64,000 nt of DNA, from the NCBI GenBank assembly GCA_030704615.1, contig CM060732.1, positions 61,008,001 through 61,072,000 on the forward strand, written 5' to 3'. Source of the stretch: Takakia lepidozioides. Taxonomy: Eukaryota; Plantae; Bryophyta. Under the pieces are notes generated by a model. The model saw only the letters and a list, made by a program, of their open reading frames with translations. It was not told the DNA's origin and did no database searches. How positions within the stretch are numbered: the stretch's first letter is position 1; each line of letters begins with the position of its first letter. This document shows, in pieces, positions 1-12,859 of this stretch. Position numbers and translations under genes: made by a program.

Positions 1-313
1 TCACACACGGAACAATCTAAGGCCCCGGCCGCACCTGGCCGCTAAGCTAGTTAGCAACCGTTAGTTGCGAGGTGACGGCCGCATATGCAAGGTTGTGGAT
101 CCCCTTAGTTAGCGTCACTCTAGCAACCATTAAAAAATGCTCATGGAATTTTTGACATTTAACAGGTCATCATCCGTAGTGCTAAATATCGGTCACCTGC
201 TAAAACACGGGCAGTGCCCACCATTGTACATGCGCCAGAGCTGTATCCTTCCGAGGGCGTCGAGTGGATCAAAATGGATCAGTGCGATGGTCTTCTCGTC
301 GTTAGAAAAGTAC

Positions 314-543
314 ATGGAAGTCGCAGATGGTTAAGTGCACTGAGTGCTACCCAGATGATTCTGGGGTCAAATCTTGCTACTGGCGGGTGTGGTATGGTTC
401 CTGGGCGGTGTCCCACTCATTCGCGTCCATGGCGCATAAATGAAAGAGGTTATTTTCTCCTCTCACTACTAAGGGGCCTGATTTGTGAGCTGTCGCTCCC
501 AGGTGTTTCCCTTTTTAATAAATAATAATAATAATAATAATGA
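314..543 (+). mobile_element. tRNA-derived SINE, family A
   Basis: A-box-like gtcgcagatggt, B-box-like ggggtcaaatct and a (TAA)n tail. The 3' body cataaatgaaagaggtta...gctgtcgctcccaggt matches the reverse-strand copy at 11266-11449. Confidence 0.7.
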
Positions 544-1379
544 ATTGCTATTCAACTTACAGCCATGCACTGCATTTTCTTTGTTGGGGAGCTATTGACA
601 GATGAAATGGCGGCCCACAAATATTTTTGGTATATGATGGACCCATGGTGGAAGGATGGGAAGGTGGAGGCTCCATTCTTCTTTTCTTTCAGTCATGCCG
701 CTGCACAAATCATGCATACATCCTTGCCTTGCTGCTAGCAGCTGACAATGACAGCCTAGAATTGTAACAATGGACAAGGGGCCTGGATGACTCATACAAA
801 ACTTTAAAATTTAAAATTGTGGAGTGATTATATTGTAGATTGGTACGTTGGGAGTGAGAGCTGTGACTGTGAAGCAACCGGCAAAGGGCTTGCATTGCGT
901 CCGCCCACCGGGGTCTGTGGGTGCGAGACACAGATGTGGTGATCATCCTGCCCATCTCAGAACCAAACCGATGTACAGCAAGAGCTGAGAGCTAGTAGGA
1001 AAGATTCTGCTTTTCGAGTATGAGAGCCTGCGTTTCTATATTCATCAGCGGTGAAGGTTGAGAAATACAATTGAGACAAGATGAGATGCAGTGAATTAGG
1101 CATGACGAGTTTCCCGGCGTACAACTTCGGGGGTTGACACTTCTGCAACATTGGAACTCCTAGTAGCAAATAGAAAAGAAACAAGAAAGGGTTTCATCAG
1201 GCTCAGCATTCTGTTTACAACAGACTTGGAAATTAAATTAGATTGTTCAAGACTTCATCATGTTTGCAAGAGCGAGACCTTCACAGTACAAGATCAAACC
1301 CCCAAGCCTTAGAATAGGACTACTCATAGATATAGAAAAATGCAGCAGAACGATCCCCCGAGATTTGTAAGCTGCGAAG

Positions 1380-1616
1380 ATGGAGTATTTTGCTACAATT
1401 GTGGATTTCCAGCCTATAATCGTCGGAGCAGGATGTCTTGCTCTCGGTTATGTGTATGGCCGACACCAGCGATCTTTGCACCCAGTACGGCCCGAAGCAG
1501 AAGGAACTCGCTGCTGTAGCCAGGAGGCAATCGGCAATAGTTGTAGCCCTTGTCAAGCAATGAGCACTAATGGCGTTGAGCATTTGGCAACGGGGGATCA
1601 AGCAAAATTGCATACG
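1380..1616 (+). pseudogene. Orphan first exon resembling plant peptidyl-tRNA hydrolase 2 (PTH2) N-terminus
   Basis: IIVGAGCLALGYVYG...VEHLA resembles the plant PTH2 membrane anchor (ILVGAGCLALGY..G...IEKLA) and ends at a gtgagt donor. No catalytic-domain exons (VLVVRNDLKM) were recognised downstream. Confidence 0.45.
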
Positions 1617-3542
1617 GTGAGTTTTGCGCACTTGTAGGGTTGGGTTACCGTGCCGAGAGTCTCAGACTGTAATCTAGGGCCCAGCGTAAGGATCGAAGCA
1701 TGATGAACAGAGATCTAGGAAACTCAGAAGGAATACAGGCAGAAACCATGTCCAGGATTACGGAACGTGGACAGAGCGACAGAGAAAAAGGCACCGTAAA
1801 AAGGAGAGAGAAGTTAAAGCTACAGCTAAAGTATGTTGTTTAACGTCCAGGCAGAGAGAGAGAGATCAGTGGCTCCGAACGCATGCTTTGGGGACGGTCT
1901 TCTATTCTCGTGTCCTTTTGTAACGTCCACAGGTTAGTGAACTGCCTGTAGAGAATGCCCTAGAAATTGCCATAAAGAGTCTCGGCGCCTTCACCACTCT
2001 TCTGCCTCCTTTCCCCTACGCGGACAATTCTGCGGATTGAACTGGAACAAATTGCCATCCATTGGGGGAAGCACATTGATAATCGCTTAGAATTTCGGGC
2101 ATGTTGTTGTACGGAGGAAGATGGTAGATGTTGCTCGCTCCCATGGAAACGCATTGTTGATCACTGAACTTCACAGAAGTGGGTGCTGTCTGTGAAGTAC
2201 GAGGTAGGACGAGTGGACGAGAGGCATGAGTATATGAAGAGGGGCCTAGCCCAGAAGATGGATGGGTTGGATTGCCGTGCCATCAACATGGTAAGTCCCT
2301 CTCCCTCCAAAATCGACCTTTTCGTGGGTGGCTTGCAGTGACTCGAGGGCATTTCGCGCACGGACTCTTGGCTATCATCTCTATGCTTGCATATGGTGAG
2401 TTGCTTTGGAGCGTGGGTGATGTGTCTGTTTGCAATAGAGTCCTTGTCCCCAAGCTATGTGTCTCTAGTAAGCAATTGTGCTAAGGTGATGTGCAGAAAC
2501 TTCCAGGGACACTGGTGGGTGCAATGGAGTCTCCTCGGCTTGAAGAGAGAGATCAGGTACCAGTCAGCACGTACCTCTGTAACTGTTCTTTGAGATGCAT
2601 CATCTCTCACATGGCAGAGAAACACAACGAAATGCCAGGCTTTTTCACTGTCAAGAAGTTAAAAGAGTCTTAGCAATTCTGCTTTTTATTATAAAAGTTT
2701 GAGTGTTGCATTATGCTATGCTGGGAACAATTATCTATTTGCAAATGTGTGTGTTGACACAGAGGGAGACCTGCCCAAGATCTACCATTAAGTCTTCGAC
2801 ACAAATGTTAGGGGACACGGAGCAGAGTAGTTGCTGCAAAAACGTCCAGGCTCCTTCCAAGGTGTGATTACAAATGCATTTGAGATGTTGAGTCAGGCCT
2901 AGGGAGGGACGGAGTTACTGTTCTAGTATGTGTGAAGCGAAGTAGCCCTAGAGAGATGGTGTGCACTTTTCTGTAGATGTGGATTCTTTACTAAAATTTC
3001 TCTTCGAACCCCCCTTTAGCCTCTGTACAATACAGCCATCTGTCGCTTGGTGCAACCCAGAAGAACAAACTCCTGTACACAAGAATGGCCAGCGCTCATA
3101 TTAGCTTTCAATTTCCTCTAACTTGATGGCCATTGGCTTTATGCTGGCGCTTTAGCTGTTTTGGGCTGTGTTTGATGCCGTTGTTGTTAGACTCCACAGA
3201 AGATTCCCTGAGGGTTTAATACTCAGGTTTATGCCTTTGAGGGTATCATTGTAGCCTTCACAGGGAACAGTAAACGATTACTTTTCTTCTGTTATAGCTT
3301 TGCAAATGAAAACTTTGACAGAATTCTACTTCACTCCTGTTACCCTGTTGTAGCTGACCTGGATGGAGTTGCCTCTGCCTGAGGTGCAACTAGAGCTGAA
3401 TATGGATTTAGTTCTCGGAATCTGGGATTGCAAAACCTGGGATTTGGAAACAGTTGAAGAATCTTGGACTTCTTTGTGACGTGGTGCTGAATAGATGCCT
3501 TAGGTTAAGAGATATTTTGTGACATTTTTCTCTCACCTCCAG

Positions 3543-4830
3543 TTTGAAAGCATCAACTTACCAGAATAAATAACAAAGATATCATGGGTTTTTCAAAATC
3601 ACAGAAGCAAAAGAGTATGGAGACTAGACCTTCTGTGTGGAAAGGCAAACTGAAATTGGATACTGGGAGAAAAGAGGACCGTGTTGGAGATGGGGAACCA
3701 CCATGGAGTCCAGACATATTGAAGCAGAGGATAAACTATTTCAATAGATTCAGTTCTAAAACTGATGGAACAGTTGTTCAAGCAGAAAGAGACTCGAAGA
3801 CAAATCAATGTAAGAGGAAGCTGATGGTTATAACACATGATAATGTCACAGACAACTTCAGTGATCGCGCAAGTCGCGTGTCAGATACATTACCAACACC
3901 AAATTTGGTGAATGATTGTTTTGTTGAGGAAAGTAAAGCCATGTCCAGGGAACCCAAAAGAGACAAAGGAGGCTCCATAAAGGAGATTGGAAAGAAAAAT
4001 GGAGCTAGTGAAACTCAGGTGGTGGTGCAGACTGTGTCAAGATGGCCTGCAAACCATGGTTCGTCTTTAGTGTTGATGTCTCTGTTTCTTTATGTGAGAA
4101 CTAGCAATTGAACTGATCCAAGCCTTCAACTTCTCAAAGTTGAGGGTTTTGGGCAACGATGAGGATTACTAAGTTGTGGAAATGTACAGTCAGATGAACC
4201 TGAGTTTGTGCCAGAAGCTAGAGGTGTCCTCATCAACAGCTCTGAACTCTGACCCTGCGTTGCTCTGGTTACTAGGAAATGGCAAGACAGAATTGGAACC
4301 CCATATCTGTTTCTAACTCTTTGTAGTGTGGAAAATGCTATTTATTGTCAACCACTGCAGATATGAAACCAGACACTAACATATGCTCATGTCTGTTTGC
4401 CTACAGTGCAAGAGAAAGGAGTTAAAGGGACTGAGATGAGGAGCTGTGTTCCACTCGATAAGGTGCTCAAGGCAGAGATTTATGAGCTGCTGAACAATAC
4501 TGACTGTGGCAAGGTCAATCTCCTCAACCTGCTCCTTTGCCCCCATTGCCCAAAATTCATCCTTCTCTCTGCCCCATGTGCATGAATATATTCCAGGCCA
4601 GACGAAGGGAGTTGGTATTAACACCTTGCTTTTGTCATGCAGGTCACATTTGAGAAGATTCTCTCTCAACTCGGTATGTCATTACTAAAGAAAAATCCTC
4701 TTCCCTGGGAAGCTCAGATATATGTGGCTGCGTTTGTGACTCTGGGATTACAGACCCTTTGTTTCAATTTTGCAGCATGGCAGTCTCCTGGAGTGTCAGA
4801 TGTTTGATCTAATGGATGAGATACATGTAA
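3543..4830 (+). pseudogene. Degenerate DEK-domain chromatin protein gene (spliced fragments)
   Basis: Exons 4407-4513 and 4643-4673 splice to PLDKVLKAEIYELLNNTDCGK|VTFEKILSQL, resembling DEK_C (PSDKVLKNAIVEILKRVDFSTATFTDILKEL type). Upstream KDIMGFS / LKQRINYFNRF and LSLCQKLEV resemble the central DEK region. An in-frame stop lies near 4168. Confidence 0.45.
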
Positions 4831-6638
4831 ACAACCCCTGTTGCAAAGAACTTGTGCCACTGTCACATTCAACCTAGGCACTTAATTGTGTTGTGATGAG
4901 CTCCTGGGGGAACTGCCTGCCAGCTGCTGTGAAAAATCAATCGAAAACTGGGTGGGATTGCTTGTGTTGTGACATCGTGGTGGTAGGATAGCTGTCATTC
5001 CAGGGCATATGGGAGAAGGATTTTTGTTAGTGTCACTGAATCACAAATGTATTTGTTGTTGGCAGAAGAAAAGCTACATGTGGATCTCAGGGAAGACAAG
5101 GCCCGCATTGTCTCACTTCTTTGGGAGGTTATCAATTTTAGCAAGCTACTGGAAGAGGAAAGGGAGTAGGAAAATAAAAAAGAAGGTGAAAACTAGCTGT
5201 AGAGGATTGAATCGACTGGAAACGGAAGAGTTTTGTGAGAACCAAGGGGCATCTGGGACCTGGATTCTCTCTTAGCTAAGAGATAAGGTTATTTTGTTGT
5301 CAAATTGGTCTTCAAACATCCTGAGAAAAGCCAAGCCCAATAGGTCACACAGTCGAGCTTCAGGACTAAGGATATTCTTGTCTCTGCGGGATGTTTCAAG
5401 GGATATTCTACATTCGTACTTGAGGTCTACTCTCAATGGAAGCTAGCAGCTGGAGACCTGTGATGTTTCAATAGATCATTTAAATTACTGAGAATCAAAG
5501 ATTGATGGTTCCAGGGATGTAGATCTGACTATTTCATGAGAGGAGGTTAATTCTGGACATGGATTCATTTCCATATCTTAAGTACAACCCACCGCTTTCA
5601 AGCCATTTCCTGGTATGGCCATATTTGTTTGATGAACACATGATTGGGTTGAGCAATGAATGCACAGATATTGATACATGAGCTCCCTATTGATATATTT
5701 ATTTTCCCTGGAATTTTGGAGCTATGTCTATGTGCTTCCAAGGTTCTCCTCATTCTTCAGATGCTTTAGACAAGATTTTGGTATAACTCCTTTCTTATAG
5801 ACCCGGTTTACACATTGCATCTTTTGCACTTTGCCACCATTTTGCTTTTGGGAAAAGCTTGGATGTGTTGTTTGGAAAAACGAACAGTTCTAATGTTTTC
5901 AATCAAGTAAATGGCAAGGTCCTCCTAAGTTTCTGAATGAATCTGTCCACAAAAACCTGTTCGGATGGGGGTTACCTCTAATTCTGCATGCCCCCTTGTG
6001 TCTTAGATGCTTATCCGCTGGGCCACCCTCTAAAGATGGATCCACCCCCTGGCCAGCCCTTTTGGGCAGTGGGTACTGGAGAGTTTTAGCATAACACTAG
6101 GGCAATATATAAATGTGGGACTTTATAAACTCTCTAGTTTGAGGTTGGCAATGAATTGCTTAGGGTTATCTATGGTTCCTTGTCACCCCGGACAATTACC
6201 CCAATCTATTACTTACATTATTCCAACTGTTCTCCATTTCTTCCATGCAGGGATGGCAGTACATAGCAGCAGTTAGAGGGTCAATAGTCAACACGCCTAA
6301 AACACTGACTTTCACATCCACACAACAGTTACATATGGCTAACCGACCAACTTGTTCACGCAACTGCTACCGACTGTGTGGCGCAATTTCATTCACACTC
6401 ATTGAAATTTGTTGGTGGGCGCCGTCTCATAGAGAACATCTAACTTACAGCCGCAAAAATTGAAACACATTATGTAATGCAGAACTGCTGGGCCGCTATT
6501 TCAGACTCCCCCAATATATCACTGAAAGCTTCCCGGGGATCCCCAGCGGCCCAGTGGTTCCACTGTAATCCATTCCAGCCGCTGGATCGAGTTACTGTAG
6601 GATTAACCAACATTACTCACAAATTCTTAAGAATATAT

Positions 6639-7746
6639 GTGCGGGTCTGGGTTCTGACCCTGGCGGGTTAGGGTCCCGGTAACCCGGACTCGTACCCCAA
6701 CCCGTGCTATCATCAAAACCTCGGACCGTGACCGGGTTCATTTTAGAAATGAACCCAAAACAGGACCCGGACCCGTCTGCTAGATCCAGAACCCGTTAGA
6801 ACGGGGGCAGGTCGGGGTTTTATAAGGTGGGGCATGTGGCAATAGGCCGCTGCAGCAGCCTGCCCCCACCACTCAAGGTAGGCCATGTGGACAACCAAGT
6901 TGTAGCCCAGTGTAATGGCACATACCACCTCAAAAGTGGTTGTGGGTTCAATCCACGGATTGATGTCACAAAGTTGTGCCCTTGGGGATCAAGTGAGACC
7001 ATAATTTACGCCTTCCGAGGGAGGGGTCATATATTATTTTTAGGCCAGCTCCCACACAACCATGTTACATTGCTATCTATGAGCCTTGAGGCATGTTACT
7101 ATTATATATATATATATTTACAGAACAGGGGGATTGTATCCCTCATAAATTTTATTATAAGTTATTGTGGGGAAGAAAATTAAAACCCCCATTACACCAT
7201 AAGGCACACACTGTAATCAGTTTTTTTCTTTTTCTTTTTCTTTTTCAGTGTTCTAAGAACCATACATCCTGGGGAGGAGGACCTGCCTATTTTTTTTTTT
7301 CAAAGAAGAGGGTTGTTCTTAACATGTTTAAGAATTGATATTGAAGAATGGAACTCAAATTCTCTATTTTAATTCTTGTGTTAAATGAGCAATACATATT
7401 CATGCTATATTTTAAAGGGATGTGTCTTAAAATAAAAATCACCATCAAGATTTAGTCTTTTTTTCCAGCCAAAAATAATTTTATCTCTAATTAATCTTGC
7501 TTTTCTAATTTATTTAATCAATTAATTAGGACCCGGATCCGAACCCCGTGAACCCGCTAATAATTCCCAATGACTACCGGGACCCGGACCCCATAAACTC
7601 GGACCCGAACCCGGACCTGGATTTTCCAACTTTCAAAAACCCAGATCCGGACCCCTACTTGGTTCCAAAAAACTTACCCACACCTGGACCCGGCGGGAAC
7701 CCAGACCTGGCGGGTTCCTAAAAAAGGTACTACCGGCACGGCACTG
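6639..7746. mobile_element. Non-autonomous hAT-like element
   Basis: Flanked by an 8-bp direct repeat GAATATAT (6631-6638, 7747-7754). The right end is ...ggcacggcactg and both ends have dense (g)acccg(g) subterminal motifs. The left TIR is imperfect. Confidence 0.6.
6886..7040 (+). mobile_element. tRNA-derived SINE, family B, nested in the hAT-like element
   Basis: A-box tagcccagtg, B-box gggttcaatcc, flanking TAGGCCA direct repeat (6879-6885, 7041-7047). Homologous to 21323-21500 and 30638-30780. Confidence 0.7.
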
Positions 7747-8432
7747 GAATATATCCCGAAATCTACTCCGAAATATTATCAAGGAATACCCCAGTAGAAT
7801 ACAAAGGAAGCCACACCTGAAATGCATTACGTAATGCGACGAACCATACCTAGAAATTTTTGTCCATGTTCCTTGATAATGGGTGGTATGTAGTATGTAG
7901 TCGACTTATGAAACATAACTTCCGGCCGCAAACAATTTTCATTCATGTTCCTTGATATTTGAGGGTAGGTAGTTTACTGGCGTCTCATGGATCCTATAAC
8001 AATCCATTGAAATTGAGTTGGCAAAGACGTGTGGAATGGTGGGTTGCAGTCAGAGGGGGTAGGCTTCTGGAAGCTGAATCTTGGTAACGCGCAGTCAGGA
8101 ATTGCGATGCTTTCTGGGAAGGTCGGTGGAGCCAGCTCTACCGACTCTTTTGTCTTCTCATGGCGGAGAGACGACATGGTCAAACGGACCCACAAACGGT
8201 CAGTGGGATATGGCGGGCGGATAAGGTGGAGCAGTATAAGAATTGGAGAGCGTAGGACAACTTTATCCCAGTCCTCAAAGCGCGTGTTGCGATATTGCGA
8301 TCTGTGTCCAGATAGAAACCGCCTCCACAGACCTCAGATGCACTAGTTGAGTCTTAGTTTTATACTCGATATCTGATCCTCGCCATTCTCTTGAATCTCT
8401 TTGAAACTTTGTCTCTAGTCCATCCCTGGGAG

Positions 8433-9835
8433 ATGGGAGCTATGCCGAATATAGTAGTATTCTGGATAGTACTTGCATCCGTAATCTATACGTGTGTGGC
8501 TCAGAATTGCGGGAGCGGAACACTATGTGCGAACAATCTCTGCTGTAGTCAGTATTTCTATTGCGGGTCCTCCGATGCTTACTGCGGCAAAGGCTGCCTG
8601 AGCGGCCCATGCTCCAGTGGTACGCCTGTTGGTACCCCGCCGCCGCCTGTTGGTACCCCAAAGTCGGACCCCGGGGTGGGAAACATAATCACCAGTGCAA
8701 TGTTTGACAGTCTCTTCCCGAACCGGAACAGCTTCTACACATACGATTCATTCATTGCTGCGGCAAATGCATACTCAACTTTTGGAACCACTGGCGACTC
8801 TTCGGCCCAGGTGCGAGAGATAGCCGCGTTCGCCGCTCACGTACAACAAGAAACAGCAGGTACCGTGGTACCTTCTATTTGAGAGCCATTTGAGTCAGAA
8901 TAATTTCTTTCGAAAAAGGTGAATGGAGGGGTGCATAGTTCTGCAGCTTACAAACATTAGTGGCATCGCACTCTACAGTAGTAACCCATTCATCTACGGT
9001 CACGTGCTCAATCACTTGAGCAATTGATTTTTTGAAGTGCTCAGTTGAGGAACTTAGTACAGATTTCAGCACGTAAGTCCTGATTCAGGTTTCCGCATTT
9101 AGTCTGAGTCTGAACATCACACTTGTTTTCATGCTTCAATGGCGACAGGGTTATATTATATCAACGAGATCGATCAGTCTTACAACTACTGTGACTCCAG
9201 CAATTCCCAGTACCCCTGTGCCGCAGGACAATCATACTTCGGCCGTGGGCCTCTGCAGCTCTCATGGTGAACAAAAATCGGCTCATTGATTTGAAAAGTT
9301 ATATAAAAATTCAGAGCTCTTACATTCAATTTGCTGCTCTAGAACATAATCTGCATCTGCGTGGTCAATGAGCACCTAGCTTTGTTTATGCAACAAGGAT
9401 TTCTAAGTTTCCATGTACTGTTGAGACAAAAGGCGGGCTGACTAACATGCTATTCCACGACGATTATGCAGGAACTATAACTATGGAGCCGCAAGCTCGT
9501 CGGTTGGTTCTGATATCTTATCACAGCCCGACTTGGTAGGTTCAGACCCAACCATAGCGTTCAAGACGGCTCTCTATTTCTGGACAACCGCATCTGGAAG
9601 TATACCGTCGTGCCATGATGTTATGGTTGGAAACTGGTCCCCAACCCAAACCGACTCTAATGCCGGCAGATATGCAGGATTCGGTCTCACCATTGACATA
9701 ATAAATGGAGGCATCGAGTGCGGAAAAGTCACTAGCCAGGCACAGAATCGTGTCACATACTACAAGAATTTCTGCACCCAGCTGAATGTAGATCCAGGCC
9801 AAAATCTGGACTGTACAAATATGCAGCACTTCTAA
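8433..9835 (+). CDS. GH19 chitinase with N-terminal hevein (CBM18) domain; exons 8433-8859, 9149-9266, 9472-9835
   Basis: Signal peptide, hevein motif ([24 protein letters not shown]), Pro linker, and motifs [37 protein letters not shown] and [12 protein letters not shown] introns have compatible phases and intron 2 has a ctgactaac branch site. Confidence 0.95.
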
Positions 9836-10535
9836 GGGACCGATTATTAATCTCTCCTGTTCAAAGTGCAAGTGCAGCTTACAGCAAGATGAGTCACAAA
9901 ACATGCCAATTCCAACAGATACGCGATTCTGCAAACATAGCATAGCCAACACTGGCTGCCTTGTTTCCGTGCATTCCTTTTAGGGGGCACAACCTGGCAA
10001 AAAGTACATCTTGTAAATTAAGAAGCTCTGGTTTCACGCTCATGAAGGAAGGGGGCATTATTTATTCTGTGGAAGGAATAGTTTTAAAGGGGCGCAAGCC
10101 AATATTTTCAGGAATTATATATACTTCTACATTATGTCCCCATACGTGTCATGCGTGCACCAGGTGTGTTTAGGATATGTATATTCTTTGCTTTTACATG
10201 CCACCAGCTTGTCTAAATAAGCTGCTGTGTTTTGCCAGTGGTTGCCACCATTCCTTCAACCCCCTTTCAACCACAAGCTATAACACAAGAAGGTGGTGAG
10301 CAACTGACAATAATGGAGTACACTTTACGTGTGGAGTCCATATTCACAAATTCGTCCAAGTACTCCTTCACTTGCCTGGTGCTTATATGAAATAGCTGGC
10401 CCATCCTTCAAAAGTTAGATCTGTGGATTTAAAAGTTACCGACAATATTCAAAGTAAAGTCACATGCCTCACGACTTGGGAGTTCACACCCTCTAATTCC
10501 TGATTAATAGCACGAGCAACATACAGTACAACACT

Positions 10536-10870
10536 GAGGACAGCGCATATAATATGATGTACGGTGGGCCGGCCCTTTCTTTAAAAAAAATTAACGTATT
10601 ATTATTATTTCCAGGCGACCGCTGTGGCGGTCGCCTGGATTTTTTTTTGTTTTTATTTTAATCTTACTTCTTAATTTTGAATAATATTTTTTATATGCTG
10701 TTTTTCTCGGGCGCAGCAGACGATCTATCCCAGGCTGCAGCTGCCACAGCCGTCCCCCAGCGGTCCCTTATTTTTATTTTTATTTAGTTTTAGTTTTAGT
10801 TTTTTTAGGTTTTTTTTTTTTGTGGGTTTCCCATGCTACTCTGGGATTCCTGGGGACAACTCGGCAAGAG
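10536..10870. repeat. TE-like segment with a perfect 13-bp GC hairpin and T-rich tracts
   Basis: tccaggcgaccgc-tgtg-gcggtcgcctgga at 10610-10639, embedded in poly-T tracts. Confidence 0.45.
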
Positions 10871-10871
10871 A

Positions 10872-11260
10872 GATATCAAGGCAAAGGTCTCAGGTTCAAA
10901 TCTGGTCGTAGGCTCTTTGGAAAAAAAAAATGATTAGATATGGCTTGCCTCATATATTGATGCACTTGGACTTAGATGACTAAATGAGATATGGCTAAAT
11001 GATTAGACTTAGATGACATTGGACACTTAGGCCAACGGCACAGGCTACCCTAGAGGTCGCACTTGGGCCTCCACATAGGAGACACTACTAGGATACATAG
11101 GAGATCTTGCACTTAGGCTGAGATGGCAGTGGACATTTGGGCCAACGCCACAAACTATCCTAGAGGTCGCATTTGGGCCTCGACTTAGGAGACACACTAG
11201 GATTGCACTTGGATTTAGATGACACTGGCCATTTGGAACAACTGCACAGGCTACCCTAGT
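10872..11260. repeat. Dispersed repeat family C (B-box module plus ~100-bp tandem subunits)
   Basis: gatatcaaggcaaaggtctcaggttcaaatctggtcgtaggctc module followed by the reverse complement of ttggcccaagtgtccaatgtcatctaag units. Also at 17335, 25295 and 57640. Confidence 0.75.
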
Positions 11261-11265
11261 ACATA

Positions 11266-11449
11266 TAAAGGAAACCTGGGAGCGACAGCCCACAATTCAG
11301 ACCCTTGAGGAGGGGGAAAGTTAACCCCCTTTCATTTATGGGGCATGGACAGAACGTCACGAACAATCCACACGCAGGGCAGGGCAGCGGGTTTGAACCC
11401 CGAACCACCATGGCGTCACATTGTGCACTTACCAACTAAGCTATCAGCG
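11266..11449 (-). mobile_element. tRNA-derived SINE, family A (best-preserved copy)
   Basis: Minus strand reads gctgaTAGCTTAGTTGGtaag...gGGTTCAAACCC (A and B boxes), then a 3' body shared with 314-543. Confidence 0.8.
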
Positions 11450-11884
11450 TATTTTTTGTTGGCTCCCTGGTAGAGATAGACTTTGCAACATGTTCAAGTC
11501 AAGGGAGAAAATGTGGTCAAAGGACCTTGCTCCGTGTGTCAAGGCTCCGATTGTTGTGTGGTGCTGAGTCATGCCCCTTACTCTCACCTCCTCTTATGTT
11601 TTGCCAAAGCAAGAGAGCCCCACCGTTTTAGGCTTGTTGAACTTAATGTGATTGGGAAACCACCTCCAAGGCCCTGCCCCCTTGTCTCTAAAACTCCTTT
11701 GTTTTTATGCAAGCCCTGCCCTATTGGTATTAAGAACCAGTAAATCACTGCATCTGCCATTTTATTTTATTTTTTGCAACCGAGATCCTTTCTGTTATAG
11801 GACAGTCTATTGACCGTATGAACTACATCATGTTTGCATATTTCATCTATAAATATCTACACTTGCCTTGAACTTATTAGTTTG

Positions 11885-12060
11885 CCAATGTACTGGACAA
11901 ACAAATCATCCAACTTACCAAATGCATATGCAAACTCCTCACTAGCACCCCCAACTCCCTTACTGAGCTCCGCCAAAATAACTATGGAATCGGGTCCGAC
12001 ATGCTAACTATTCCGTCCGCCCGCACATTAGATACACAACTACAAGATGCATGTGGCGTA
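11885..12060 (+). mobile_element. Short LINE fragment (post-RT region, Dualen-like)
   Basis: LDKQIIQLTKCICKLLTSTPNSLTELRQNNYGIG...TLDTQLQDA resembles the segment after RT in non-LTR elements. Confidence 0.35.
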
Positions 12061-12859
12061 ACAAGAAGGGTCCCTACACCAACTTATATGCGAGGCATGT
12101 CAATCCTAATTATGCAGCCCAAAACTACTCCAGCAGAACAGAAAGTAGCTTCAGAGTATTTCTTGATGTTCTCTTTTGCTTTGTATGTTTGTTATTCATT
12201 AGGCATATTTCGTGTCCATCCCATGGAAGTCTCTATTGACCCTTCTTACGAACGGGCCAATCCTTCCTACCTTCCATGTGTAGGTCATTATCATCTCTCC
12301 TGGCCTCAAGTTTTCCTCTAGTTCAAGGGCATACATTCTTCCGGCAGATATGCATAAGAAACAATAAGCTCGTGATAGTCGAGGATATCGCAAATTGTGA
12401 AGATTAATACTGTGAATCAGCCCACAGAAGATACCTTGATTGGTTGATTTTTAAAACTGTTTTCTAGCACATTTGAGCATTTTGGTCCCTCAGCTGCCTT
12501 GTTGCCTCCTACAGCGCCTGCTGGAACTACGCAATTGTGTTCGAGAGCAGACTCATGTTTTACTAAAATCATAACTTAAAGATTGTTCAAAGGGAATTTG
12601 ACTCTATATCGAATGTGACCTCAGCTGTGTGCCAATGTCGTCAACTGGACGAACTAAGTTACCCAGGAGCAAAATGTCGTCTACGTTCCTCACTTTTGGA
12701 GATGGACTTGACTGTCCCCGACAGCTCCCAGGTTGAGGACGGTCGTAAGTGACGTATCACATTTATCTCTGACGAGTGTCCAAAATCTATACATTTAAGT
12801 TACGCTGTTTCCTTTCCGCTGGGAGTTGTGAAATCTCTATCTCTTACCAACTCCCTCAC

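Noticed and set aside
600-960. F-box/kelch remnant
   Set aside because: Only scattered short resemblances (LAADN, FKIVE), too weak to call.
11380-11449. tRNA gene
   Set aside because: A and B boxes are present but there is no convincing acceptor stem, and the sequence continues into a dispersed SINE body.
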